Source: an uncultured virus (IMG/VR IMGVR_UViG_3300029922_000048) (lineage: Duplodnaviria; Heunggongvirae; Uroviricota; Caudoviricetes). From it: a DNA stretch of 20,000 nt. Made by a program: the position numbers and the translations under genes. Shown here piece by piece: positions 1 to 8,084 of this stretch. How positions within the stretch are numbered: position 1 is the first letter of the stretch; the number at the start of each line of letters is the position of its first letter. The notes beneath the pieces were generated by a model. That model had not been told where the DNA came from and did not search any database. It saw only the letters and a program-made list of their open reading frames with translations. The stretch lies in IMG/VR virus record IMGVR_UViG_3300029922_000048; one strand, written 5' to 3'.

Positions 1-2
1 GT

Positions 3-209
3 TACGCGACATTCCATACCCACCCTAGTTTTTCGTATCATCCGTCCCATACGGACCTTACTGAGTTATTCAAATCCTATCACATCAACTACATCTACAG
101 CATTCCTGAAAATTGTGTCGCTAAATACACCTGGCAAGGTGAAGTCTCACTAAAACAAGAAATAACCAGAGATATAAATAAATGGCTAAAATTAAACGAA
201 TCGCAGTAG
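3..209 (+). CDS. C-terminal part of a JAB/MPN+ (JAMM) metallo-isopeptidase, 5'-truncated by the window edge
   Basis: Not in the ORF track. Hand translation of frame +3 gives YATFHTHPSFSYHPSHTDLTELFKSYHINYIYSIPENCVAKYTWQGEVSLKQEITRDINKWLKLNESQ*. HTH-PSFSYHP-S-HT-D is an exact H-x-H-x7-S-x2-D JAMM motif. The TAG stop at 207-209 overlaps the next gene. Confidence 0.85.
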   Translation, partial: YATFHTHPSFSYHPSHTDLTELFKSYHINYIYSIPENCVAKYTWQGEVSLKQEITRDINKWLKLNESQ

Positions 210-778
210 CGGGTTGCGGCGGCATCGGGTCCCATCTCATTCCAATCCTCTATGACTTTGGGGTCGTCCACAAGCAGTACGACTTCATGGCCACCGCTAT
301 TGACATCTACGACGACGACCGGATCGAGCAAAACAATCTCCTGCACCAGAACTTCAATCTGAAGGACCTGGGTCAACCTAAGGCAGATGTGTTGGCCCGC
401 AAGTACTCGGTCAAGCCTATCGCGAGATTCATGGAGGAGAAGGACTTCAAGAAGTATGATGTTATATTTAGCTGTGTTGACAGTATGACATTCCGGAAGG
501 CCCTCTATGAGTACGGGTGGGCCAACCCGAAGCTTCATTGGATTGATGGTCGAGTCGAGTCACGTCGTGGATTTGTATTCAACTCCCGTGTGCCTCGATC
601 AGTCCTGGAGCAGCACATAGATGACTCGAAGGAGCGGACGGGATGCCTACGCGCTTTTGAGAAGGAGCAGAACATCTCCCATACGACGCCGGGGGTGGTG
701 GCGGGCATCATGGTCCAGTTATTCCTTAACCACCTGCGGGAACAACCTGTTACCCGAGAGAAAATCATCTTTCTGTGA
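182..778 (+). CDS. ThiF/MoeB/E1-family adenylyltransferase (ubiquitin-activating-enzyme-like)
   Basis: Rossmann motif IAVAGCGGIGS, then DDDRIEQNNLLHQNF, DLGQPKA, SCVDS..R and WIDG. A candidate thioester Cys sits in RTGC. No CxxC zinc motifs. Confidence 0.9.
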   Translation: MAKIKRIAVAGCGGIGSHLIPILYDFGVVHKQYDFMATAIDIYDDDRIEQNNLLHQNFNLKDLGQPKADVLARKYSVKPIARFMEEKDFKKYDVIFSCVDSMTFRKALYEYGWANPKLHWIDGRVESRRGFVFNSRVPRSVLEQHIDDSKERTGCLRAFEKEQNISHTTPGVVAGIMVQLFLNHLREQPVTREKIIFL

Positions 779-1074
779 AGTATAAGATAAAAACCGAAAT
801 TGAATGTCATCCCCACAATAAGAAAGCAATAGAACTTCACCTGGACAAGGTTGTCATACTGATTTGCAAAAAGATCGGGCTACACCCCGACGAATTTCCA
901 TGTTCGAGGGAACTCTACATGGCAGTCAAATCATCCGACAAACTGGACTCCCTGGTTGCATTGCTTCAAAAATATGATAGCTTGTTCGATGCAGCCGACG
1001 CCCTGGGAGTTACAGTTGCTCCCCGGTACGCCTGGCTCCATAACCTCAGTAAATCTACCCCGACTCAACACTAA
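775..1074 (+). CDS. hypothetical protein (99 aa)
   Basis: GTGA start/stop overlap with the E1 gene; fills the gap to the next gene; no recognisable motif. Confidence 0.7.
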   Translation: MKYKIKTEIECHPHNKKAIELHLDKVVILICKKIGLHPDEFPCSRELYMAVKSSDKLDSLVALLQKYDSLFDAADALGVTVAPRYAWLHNLSKSTPTQH

Positions 1075-1077
1075 ACT

Positions 1078-2190
1078 ATGCCCATAATTCCTCCCTCACG
1101 TCAGTTCGCCGGTTCCCAAGTGGATTCCAATGGCGAAGGTAAGTACATCAAGGACTCGATCCCGCAGCTGATCGTATCCACCAAGGTCAACACGGAAGGT
1201 GTCTTCACCCATTACCTGCCTAGCTACAAGCAGGACGCTACTGGCGCAGGCGTGTGGATGCACCAGTTCCAGATTCGAGGCAACTTTGGTACTGGAAACT
1301 TCAAGGAGAAGTACTACATCGCTCATGGAGCCAACGATCCGGTGGTTCACTTCGAGCGCAACTTCAAGTTCCGTTTCCCTGATCTCGCCAAGATAGGGGA
1401 AGAGATCAAGGAAGGCCGTAAGTTCCGCATCTATCCTCCCTACGGAAACATCTCGAAGCGTGTTGTCACCAACAACATCAATCGTAATGCTACCCAAGAA
1501 GGTATCATGGTGTTCGACGTACCGGCCTCCAATGCATTCAGTCAGATTCAGGACTACCACAACCGTCCCGGTTTCAACGGCGTACAGGCCCCGTTGGTCT
1601 GTGACCCCGATAATTGTGCACTCGTGTTCACGAAGTGCAAGAAGGACTCGGGTGGAGGTAATCCTTGGGTATTCCAGATTGATCTTAGCCCCGGCAGCGC
1701 CATTCAGCTCCCCGAAGCGCTCCGCGATTCCGATAATCTCCATAACCTGGACGATATCTTCATCGTCAAGACCAAGGAAGAGTTGATGGAGAAGCTTCGT
1801 ACGTTCTTCAACGGCGATGTCTTCGATCTGTGCATGCAGGGCTATCAGGGTCTGTTGGTCGGGTCGGTCCCCGGCTTCACCCCACCTACTGTTGCAGCAG
1901 CTCCTGTCTATGCGGCCCCAGTGGCCCCGGTGAGTGGCCTGGGAGCACCTGCGTTTAATCCTGCCAGCCTGGTGGTAACCAAGTCCCCGACGGCAGGTGG
2001 GGTGGCTCCCGCTCCTGCGGTGGCCCCTGTAGTGGCTCAGACTCCGGTGTACGCTGGAGTAGGTCAGCCTGCTGCCCCTCAGTCAGTACCGGTAGCCCCT
2101 GCCGAGCACATGGCCAACCCGATGGCGGGAACTGGTGCCCTCGACCTCGACGCAGCGATGAAGTTCTTGGGTAAGCCCAAGACTGCCTAG
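1078..2190 (+). CDS. hypothetical protein, possibly a phage ssDNA-binding protein with a Pro/Ala/Val-rich C-terminal tail
   Basis: A 370 aa ORF with biased codon usage: an aromatic-rich globular part of ~260 aa plus a low-complexity tail, directly upstream of the recombinase. The function is inferred from context only. Confidence 0.45.
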   Translation: MPIIPPSRQFAGSQVDSNGEGKYIKDSIPQLIVSTKVNTEGVFTHYLPSYKQDATGAGVWMHQFQIRGNFGTGNFKEKYYIAHGANDPVVHFERNFKFRFPDLAKIGEEIKEGRKFRIYPPYGNISKRVVTNNINRNATQEGIMVFDVPASNAFSQIQDYHNRPGFNGVQAPLVCDPDNCALVFTKCKKDSGGGNPWVFQIDLSPGSAIQLPEALRDSDNLHNLDDIFIVKTKEELMEKLRTFFNGDVFDLCMQGYQGLLVGSVPGFTPPTVAAAPVYAAPVAPVSGLGAPAFNPASLVVTKSPTAGGVAPAPAVAPVVAQTPVYAGVGQPAAPQSVPVAPAEHMANPMAGTGALDLDAAMKFLGKPKTA

Positions 2191-2197
2191 TAACCTT

Positions 2198-2230
2198 GAA
2201 GCCCTGGAGTTCAACCCTCCAGGGCTTCCA
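2198..2230 (+). promoter_or_regulatory. perfect 12-bp intergenic hairpin with a T-loop-like 7-nt loop
   Basis: GAAGCCCTGGAG-TTCAACC-CTCCAGGGCTTC-CA; no adjacent U-tract. Confidence 0.6.
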
Positions 2231-2244
2231 CCCCATTTAATCCT

Positions 2245-3489
2245 ATGAGCATGCTAGAACTGTTGGACTCCGTCAAAAAGGGTCACACAAAACATTTTAA
2301 AGACACAAACGTCAAATTTCAGTTAGCCCGTAAGTATCCACCCATCACGGGCTTGCTGGTTGACAACACCGGCCTGGAGTACGTCCTCGACAGACGATTC
2401 ATCGCCTGGGGACGTTTCTATCTGGCCTATGGTAAGCGGGGCAATTCCAAGACTACTCTTGGGTTTGACTTCATGAAGCTGACCATGAACCCTCCGCTCA
2501 ACCAGCAGAAGGGTGACGCGCTTTGGATTGAGGTTGAGCGAGCCGCAGACCTTGATTACGCTCGCAAGCAGGGCGTGGATGTAGACGGGGAGCACTTCGC
2601 TATGGAGCAGCCCGAAACCTTAGAGGAAGGTCTGACGCTCGCCAAGGAAGTCATCTTCAAATACGCCGCCAAGTACCCTGAGGGTGATGGTCCCCCTCTC
2701 TGTATCTTCTTCGATTCACTTGCTGGTGCTCAGACCCAGTATGAGTCAGAAACCATGGTGATCGGTGCGGCTAACATTCCTGGCGAAGCCGCCAAGAAGA
2801 TCGCGAACTTCTACGTCACGACCCGCCATATCCTCGCCAATGAGAAGATCATCTTCTTGGCCGCTAACCAGCTGAAGGATAAGATCGACAGCGGTGGTGG
2901 ATTTGGTGCTGAGAAGGGTGAAGCGATGCGTGGTGGCGAAGGACCTCGTTTCGAGTCCACCGGTCAGTGGAAGATGGTGCGTACCAAGGATTTGGTTGGT
3001 AAGGATGACTACGGAGCCGACCGCAAGTTTGGTTCCCGTCACACCATGACCGCCAAGCGTAACAAGGTAGGGCGTGAAGGTAACACTCAGGTATCAGAAT
3101 TCGATGTCTATATCAAGGGTGGTATCGACTGGTGGAGCCCTGAGGTTCGGCGTATTGGTGAGACGTACAAACACCTGATTAACAGGGATGGAGCCTGGTG
3201 TACGTGGCAGGTTGAGGGCACAACTTTCAAGACTGTCATGCCAAACGACGATGGTGTCCCGACCGAGATGGAACTGCCGATCCCAACCGATAAGCAGTTC
3301 CGTGACGCGGAGATGGCTCAGATGATTCGTGCCAGCACTGCCGCCAAGGAGTTGATCCGTAAGACCTATGAGATTCCCGATCTTCCCTCCGAGGAAGAGG
3401 TTAAGGAGATCGAGAAGGAAAACACCAAGAAACGTAAGGGTCGTAAGAAGCCCGAACCTGAAGACGATAACGCTATCAAAGCACTATGA
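2245..3489 (+). CDS. RecA/UvsX-like recombinase
   Basis: Variant Walker A YGKRGNSKTT, WIEVERA (catalytic Glu region), Walker B IFFDSLA, RecA-type ANQLKDKI...GG, and KRNKVG. Confidence 0.85.
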   Translation: MSMLELLDSVKKGHTKHFKDTNVKFQLARKYPPITGLLVDNTGLEYVLDRRFIAWGRFYLAYGKRGNSKTTLGFDFMKLTMNPPLNQQKGDALWIEVERAADLDYARKQGVDVDGEHFAMEQPETLEEGLTLAKEVIFKYAAKYPEGDGPPLCIFFDSLAGAQTQYESETMVIGAANIPGEAAKKIANFYVTTRHILANEKIIFLAANQLKDKIDSGGGFGAEKGEAMRGGEGPRFESTGQWKMVRTKDLVGKDDYGADRKFGSRHTMTAKRNKVGREGNTQVSEFDVYIKGGIDWWSPEVRRIGETYKHLINRDGAWCTWQVEGTTFKTVMPNDDGVPTEMELPIPTDKQFRDAEMAQMIRASTAAKELIRKTYEIPDLPSEEEVKEIEKENTKKRKGRKKPEPEDDNAIKAL

Positions 3490-3758
3490 TCGAAATTCCC
3501 CTAGACTATATATTGCTGGGAGGAATCCTGGTATTCATCCTTTGGTGCCTGGTCGGTTTGTGGGCGTTCGAGAACTTGGTTGTCGAGCGCATGGAAATAG
3601 TTCGTTGGAGTGGCGGATACACTTCTCGGTGGTGGTTCGCAGCCATGACGTTCATCTGTGGCCCTGTCGTGTGGTTGTATTTCCTGGGAGGCTTCCTGTG
3701 GTTCCTACTGGATGTCTTGCGCGGCAAGGTATTCCCATATCCGTGGAGGAAGCAATGA
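3486..3758 (+). CDS. small membrane protein (two TM helices)
   Basis: Two hydrophobic stretches; ATGA overlaps with both neighbouring genes. Confidence 0.7.
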   Translation: MIEIPLDYILLGGILVFILWCLVGLWAFENLVVERMEIVRWSGGYTSRWWFAAMTFICGPVVWLYFLGGFLWFLLDVLRGKVFPYPWRKQ

Positions 3759-4261
3759 ACAAGCTCTACTGCGCTGCTGACAATGGGGTCAGCGGTAGTT
3801 GGGCATTCATCCACCCAGACCGATTGGCCACGTTCTACAGGACACCGACGTTCAGTTTTCTGAACTATACCAAGGAAGTGCAGCACGTCAGCCGTCTGGA
3901 CACCAAGAAATTAAGAGAAATCCTCCAGACAGAATTGGGGGATAACCGCAATTTCATTCTTGGATTAGAGAGACCCATGCTCGACAATACCAAGTGGAAG
4001 GCGTCGCTCTCGGCAATCCGTTGCTACGAAGCCACCTTGATAGTATTGGAGGACATGATGATCCCCTACGATGTGGTGGATTCTAGGAAGTGGCAGAAGG
4101 AAATGCTCCCAGCTGGTATCGAAGGAAGACCGGCATTGAAACAGGCCAGTAAGGAAGTGGCTACACGCCTTTTTCCTCATTTGGCAAAACAGTTCAAGGA
4201 AGAAGGCGATTCAATTTTGCTCGCTGAATACTTGAGAAGACAAGATCAGAAATCATTATAA
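3755..4261 (+). CDS. RuvC-like Holliday junction resolvase
   Basis: The likely start is ATG 3755 (MNKLYCAADNGVSGSWAFI), not 3368. RuvC-fold acidic residues: D in ADNG, E in LGLERP, D in EGDSILLA; also the ..RKWQK motif of phage RuvC proteins. Confidence 0.8.
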   Translation: MNKLYCAADNGVSGSWAFIHPDRLATFYRTPTFSFLNYTKEVQHVSRLDTKKLREILQTELGDNRNFILGLERPMLDNTKWKASLSAIRCYEATLIVLEDMMIPYDVVDSRKWQKEMLPAGIEGRPALKQASKEVATRLFPHLAKQFKEEGDSILLAEYLRRQDQKSL

Positions 4262-5919
4262 TGAGTCCTGCTGTACAATCAATCGTCGGCAATAGCGGTT
4301 GGTACGTAATGTTAGCAATGGTGGGTACTGCTTTGGCTACGTCATGGCAGTACCTGAAGGGATGGTTCTCAAGGTTGAGATCACTGGTGGTCGTGAACGT
4401 CACCCTCGAAGGTTCCTACGCGGTGGCGGCTGTGTTGCACCATCTCCGTCAGAGCTATCGTCAAGGTAAATTGGGTGATAGGTTGTTTGTGGGGATTACT
4501 ACGTTGGTGAAGCCCCTCCAGAGAGTGCAGCGAGTGTGTTTCGAATCTCTCGATACGCCTTCGATGAAGTTCTTCTGGAAGGGTTGGTGCCCTGTCATGA
4601 TGGGCTACACTGGAGCAACCACTGGTTCGGGAGGATCGTCCCCGAGCCCTGGCAAAAGTACGCTGAGCTACATCCGTGGAACTCTCGACATCGAAAAGTT
4701 CATGGCTGTGGCCTTCGAGGGATTTAACGGATTGTCAGACGCTCACAACAAAGCCGATCATGAGCAATACTCAAAAACTCGCTTCTTCGTTAAGCACATC
4801 GTAGGTGATCCTCGTAGAAATGACAGGAACTCCACAGGTGGTGAAGTCGCCAACAAAGCACCGGGAAGTGGCAGTAACGATACCTATGGACCTGAGTTCA
4901 GGGCCTCCCATAAGCCAATCGGTTGGGACCTCAGTGAACTGTTCGCTAACCTACATCTTGACCCGTTTGACGGTCTGGTTTATCCCGACTACGTTAAGGA
5001 ACTGGTCGCTGAGGTAGAGCGGTGGAGAAACTCGCGTGATTGGTTTCAACTTCGTCGCATACCATGGCGTCGTGGTTGGCTTCTAAAGGGGAAGCCCGGC
5101 ACCGGTAAGTCGAGTCTCGTGAGAGCTATTGGACAGATGCTCGGTATGCCGATCTATGTGTTTGATATCGCTACACTCACCAATGCTGAGATGATGATGG
5201 CCTGGAAAGAGATGCTCGGTTATGGTCCCTGCTTCGCCCTCATCGAGGACATCGACGCAGTGTTTGAGGGTCGTAGGAGAATCAAGGAAGCAACTGCCGG
5301 TGAAGCCTTGATGACCTTTGATTGCTTGCTGAATTGCATCAGTGGTGTCGAACCCGCTGATGGTATATTCACTATCGTGACCACTAACCATCCTGAGAAG
5401 ATCGATCCCGCGTTAGGGGTATGTGAGAATGGCATCAGTTCTCGCCCCGGTCGTCTGGATCGTATTGTGGAACTCAAGGGGATGACCAGGGATTGCCGGG
5501 TCAAGCTCGCCAGTTTCATTTGCTCAGATTGTCCTGACGAGATTGATCGTTTGGTGAACCAGAGTAACGACTACACGGCAGCGCAGTTCCAGGAACTGTG
5601 TGGTCAGGTAGCGCTAAAGCGTTATTGGGAGGAAAAGACTAAAGTGGAAAATATTCCTCCTATCGATGTATCTGCAACATTCGTCGGGGACCATAAGTCC
5701 ATGCTGAAGAGAACTCCGAGGGAACATGTGAATAAACGGGGTCATTGGAGCCTGACAGACAAGGCTGAACCCATTGATTTCTTCATCAGAATATCGGCTC
5801 AAAAGGACATGGAGGCGGAACTACATCGAGTAAAAAAGATCAGAGACGATGCTCCTAAAACGATACTCAATCACGACCCGATGGAGGAGAAGCGGGTCAT
5901 AGGAAGCGTGGTGGGATAA
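4261..5919 (+). CDS. AAA+ ATPase, BCS1-like, with an N-terminal TM helix
   Basis: IPWRRGWLLKGKPGTGKSS (Walker A), LIEDID (Walker B), LLNCISG, TTNHPEKIDPAL and RPGRLD (Arg finger). Confidence 0.88.
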   Translation: MSPAVQSIVGNSGWYVMLAMVGTALATSWQYLKGWFSRLRSLVVVNVTLEGSYAVAAVLHHLRQSYRQGKLGDRLFVGITTLVKPLQRVQRVCFESLDTPSMKFFWKGWCPVMMGYTGATTGSGGSSPSPGKSTLSYIRGTLDIEKFMAVAFEGFNGLSDAHNKADHEQYSKTRFFVKHIVGDPRRNDRNSTGGEVANKAPGSGSNDTYGPEFRASHKPIGWDLSELFANLHLDPFDGLVYPDYVKELVAEVERWRNSRDWFQLRRIPWRRGWLLKGKPGTGKSSLVRAIGQMLGMPIYVFDIATLTNAEMMMAWKEMLGYGPCFALIEDIDAVFEGRRRIKEATAGEALMTFDCLLNCISGVEPADGIFTIVTTNHPEKIDPALGVCENGISSRPGRLDRIVELKGMTRDCRVKLASFICSDCPDEIDRLVNQSNDYTAAQFQELCGQVALKRYWEEKTKVENIPPIDVSATFVGDHKSMLKRTPREHVNKRGHWSLTDKAEPIDFFIRISAQKDMEAELHRVKKIRDDAPKTILNHDPMEEKRVIGSVVG

Positions 5920-5920
5920 T

Positions 5921-6370
5921 ATGCTACAGTCCAAACTTAACGTAGTGGGCAAGATCGCCAAGTATATGGGGGTCTCCAAGAAGTCCTTGATCGATAAGGT
6001 CGAGGGGCAGGGGGACCTGGAGCCTATACTCCGGTTCCCTGAAATCCCTACCCTGTCTCCGTACCTATTCGTCTGTACTGCCCTGATAACCCCTGGAGTC
6101 GAGATGTTCCTCGACTTCAGCAAGTTCATCAGGTCACCAGTCTACGAGGAATGGGAGAAGGGGTTAGGGCATTCTGGTGTAACAAACCAGGACCGCCTCA
6201 TCGTGGCGTGGCGGTGCAAGCACAACCAGATGGTACTGTATCGGGCCACCAACTACACAGGAGTCGGGGGGCTGTTTGTGCGGGATGAAGATTACTGTGG
6301 GAAGGGTTGGTGCTGCGAACCCATCGCGAATTGGCTCGTCAACCGTGTCCCGAAGTTCATGCCAGACTAA
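5921..6370 (+). CDS. hypothetical protein (149 aa)
   Basis: ATG 1 nt after the ATPase stop; ends just before the RNA-island promoter. Confidence 0.7.
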   Translation: MLQSKLNVVGKIAKYMGVSKKSLIDKVEGQGDLEPILRFPEIPTLSPYLFVCTALITPGVEMFLDFSKFIRSPVYEEWEKGLGHSGVTNQDRLIVAWRCKHNQMVLYRATNYTGVGGLFVRDEDYCGKGWCCEPIANWLVNRVPKFMPD

Positions 6371-6377
6371 ACCCCCC

Positions 6378-6406
6378 TTGGGGGGACCTGGAAAAGCTGG
6401 TATAAT
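6378..6406 (+). promoter_or_regulatory. sigma70-type promoter for the tmRNA/RNA island
   Basis: TTGGGG (6378-6383), 17 bp spacer, TATAAT (6401-6406) with an extended -10 TG at 6398-6399. A C(TTCG)G leader hairpin follows at 6424-6439. Confidence 0.7.
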
Positions 6407-6462
6407 ACATTACTGATATTTATCTGGCCTTCGGGCCAGTGTTTGTTAGTGTTAGTCAGACA

Positions 6463-6887
6463 GGGCCTGACAGGTTTCGACGGGAAATCGTTGAGGTTAA
6501 CTGCAAGCCGAGGAAGTCTGTTGTACTCGTTAAACCATGGGCAAAAAACAAACAACGTCACTGAAAACGTGACCCTTCGCAACGACGTACGTGTTGCTTC
6601 TCCTTCGGCTCCGGTCGAAGCGGAAGTGGCCCTCGCGTAATTGCGGAAGGTTCCAGCCCTCGCGGCTGGTGTGGTCAGGCAAGAGAGAAAGCTGTAACCT
6701 GACTGCATGTACATTGCAATTGCTACGCCAAAGGAATCCTAGTACCGGCGTTCAAGATACAAGGATAAGAGATCGATGAAGGGTTTTGCTGGTCCCATAT
6801 CGATCTTGTCGTACCAAAACTAGACAAGCTTGTAGACGTTAGCTAGATTATTTCTCGGACGCGGGGTTCAATTCCCCGCCAGGTCCA
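6463..6887 (+). ncRNA. ssrA: tmRNA
   Basis: 5' GGGCCTGACAGGTTTCGACGGG and 3' GGACGCGGGGTTCAATTCCCCGCCAGGTCCA. The acceptor stem GGGCCTG/CAGGTCC has a G3:U alanine identity pair and an A discriminator. An internal tag frame reads ...NVTLRNDVRVASPSAPVEAEVALA* (stop 6638-6640). Confidence 0.93.
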
Positions 6888-6895
6888 CTTTTTCC

Positions 6896-6924
6896 TTGCC
6901 AGCTCCATTATCTACTCATAAGAT
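6896..6924 (+). promoter_or_regulatory. sigma70-type promoter of the HNH gene (probably a leaderless transcript)
   Basis: TTGCCA (6896-6901), 17 bp spacer, TAAGAT (6919-6924); the predicted +1 falls at about the GTG start at 6931. Confidence 0.55.
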
Positions 6925-6930
6925 GATGGT

Positions 6931-7485
6931 GTGACTTGTATATGCGAAAATTGTAAAGAGCCTTTTGAAAAGAAAACATCTGAATTTAATAGAAGCAGCC
7001 GTCTTGGGCGTAAGCACTTCTGTAAGTTAAGTTGTTCAATATCATTTAGTAACTCGCACCCAAGTGAGTCACGCCGGGAATCTCAAAAACAGAATACTAA
7101 ACAATTAGTTCCAGGCAACCGAAAGGATTTGAACTCACCGTTTAAAACGCATTTTAAATCAGTTCAATACCGGATAAAGTATGCCGGAAAAACAGGAAAT
7201 GCTACTCTAGATGATCTTAGGAACCAGTGGGAATTGCAGGGCGGTTTGTGTCCGTTCACTAAGCTACCAATGTCTAATTATGACACGACTAAAAGCCGCA
7301 ACAAGTTTCCAGTAACACCGTACCGTGCTTCACTGGACAGAGCGGATTCCACAAAGGGATACGATGCTGACAACATTCAATTCATTTCTCTAATGGCAAA
7401 CTATGCGAAACACAGTTTTACATCTCAGGAGTTGATTGACTTTTGTCACGCAGTAGCGCAGGCTCATCCACGGAGCCATAGCTGA
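6931..7485 (+). CDS. free-standing HNH/His-Me-finger (homing-type) endonuclease with an N-terminal Cys4 zinc ribbon
   Basis: CENC...FCKLSC zinc ligands; QGGLCPFT...ASLDRADSTKGYDADNIQFISLMANYAK is the SLDR..GY..N..N HNH variant. Visibly more AT-rich than the flanking genes. Confidence 0.8.
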   Translation: MTCICENCKEPFEKKTSEFNRSSRLGRKHFCKLSCSISFSNSHPSESRRESQKQNTKQLVPGNRKDLNSPFKTHFKSVQYRIKYAGKTGNATLDDLRNQWELQGGLCPFTKLPMSNYDTTKSRNKFPVTPYRASLDRADSTKGYDADNIQFISLMANYAKHSFTSQELIDFCHAVAQAHPRSHS

Positions 7486-7547
7486 GTGGTAAGAGCACCC
7501 CGCTGTCTACGGGGAGATCATGGGTTCGATCCCCATTGGTTCCGCCA
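7472..7547 (+). tRNA. tRNA-Asp(GTC)
   Basis: Acceptor GGAGCCA/TGGTTCC, G discriminator and CCA; anticodon arm CCCCG-CT GTC TA-CGGGG; T arm ATGGG-TTCGATC-CCCAT. Confidence 0.93.
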
Positions 7548-7561
7548 TTTTTTTCACACAC

Positions 7562-7637
7562 GGCCCTATAGTGTAACGGTTCAGCACATCAGCTTTTCAA
7601 GCTGGGGGTCGGAGTTCAAGTCTCCGTGGGGCTACCA
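7562..7637 (+). tRNA. tRNA-Glu(TTC)
   Basis: Acceptor GGCCCTA/TGGGGCT followed by A-CCA; anticodon arm TCAGC-TT TTC AA-GCTGG; T arm CGGAG-TTCAAGT-CTCCG. Confidence 0.93.
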
Positions 7638-7654
7638 TTCACAATTCATGAATC

Positions 7655-7978
7655 ATGGAAATATCTCACATCAAACACTTTGTACGGGATAATAACCCGA
7701 TCAAGTTTCATCACTACTACAACGGTGTGTTCTACTACCACGTCGAAGACCTTGAGACCAAGATCGTCTACGAGGTACCGATCAGGCTCGAACCGAGTCT
7801 GATTCCCCCGACCCTTAATGCGGTCGATAAAGCGTTCTTCCACAAACGTCGTATCCAGCAGGCCATCGATGCTGGAACGCTCCGGAGGATCACTCCTACC
7901 CAGGAAGAGACCACTGCCGAGATCGTCGCATTGACAGCACACCTGCAGGACCTCGATCCCGCAACCAATCAAGTTTAA
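7655..7978 (+). CDS. hypothetical protein (107 aa) inside the RNA island
   Basis: An ATG-started ORF filling the gap between tRNA-Glu and the next structured RNA; codon usage resembles the other genes. Confidence 0.7.
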   Translation: MEISHIKHFVRDNNPIKFHHYYNGVFYYHVEDLETKIVYEVPIRLEPSLIPPTLNAVDKAFFHKRRIQQAIDAGTLRRITPTQEETTAEIVALTAHLQDLDPATNQV

Positions 7979-7979
7979 T

Positions 7980-8077
7980 GCTCAGTGGGCTGACCTCGTA
8001 GTATACGCCCCGTCTCTAGAGACGGTTGGGTCTCTGCGAGGTTGGGGCTAGGACGCCGTGCGTCCTCCCTGAGCGCC
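7980..8077 (+). ncRNA. tRNA-like structured RNA A (atypical)
   Basis: Terminal stem GCTCAG/CTGAGC followed by G-CC; a 5-bp/7-nt arm AGGAC-GCCGTGC-GTCCT in the T-arm position; central hairpin CCGTC-TCTAGA-GACGG; CTGACCTCGTAG can pair with CTGCGAGGTTGG. Confidence 0.5.
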
Positions 8078-8084
8078 TTTTTAT

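Noticed and set aside
3368..3754. N-terminal extension of the RuvC-like ORF (and likewise 9623-9754 for the J-kinase)
   Set aside because: These extensions overlap better-supported genes in other frames; the internal ATGs at 3755 and 9755 give normal domain starts.
6367..6779. ORFs 6367-6714(-), 6443-6640(+) and 6591-6779(+) as protein genes
   Set aside because: They overlap the tmRNA; only the 3' part of 6443-6640 is meaningful, as the tag frame.
6878..6907. Prophage att site at the tmRNA 3' end
   Set aside because: The repeat is only 9/10 nt and 20 bp apart, there is no integrase, and phage-like genes lie on both sides.
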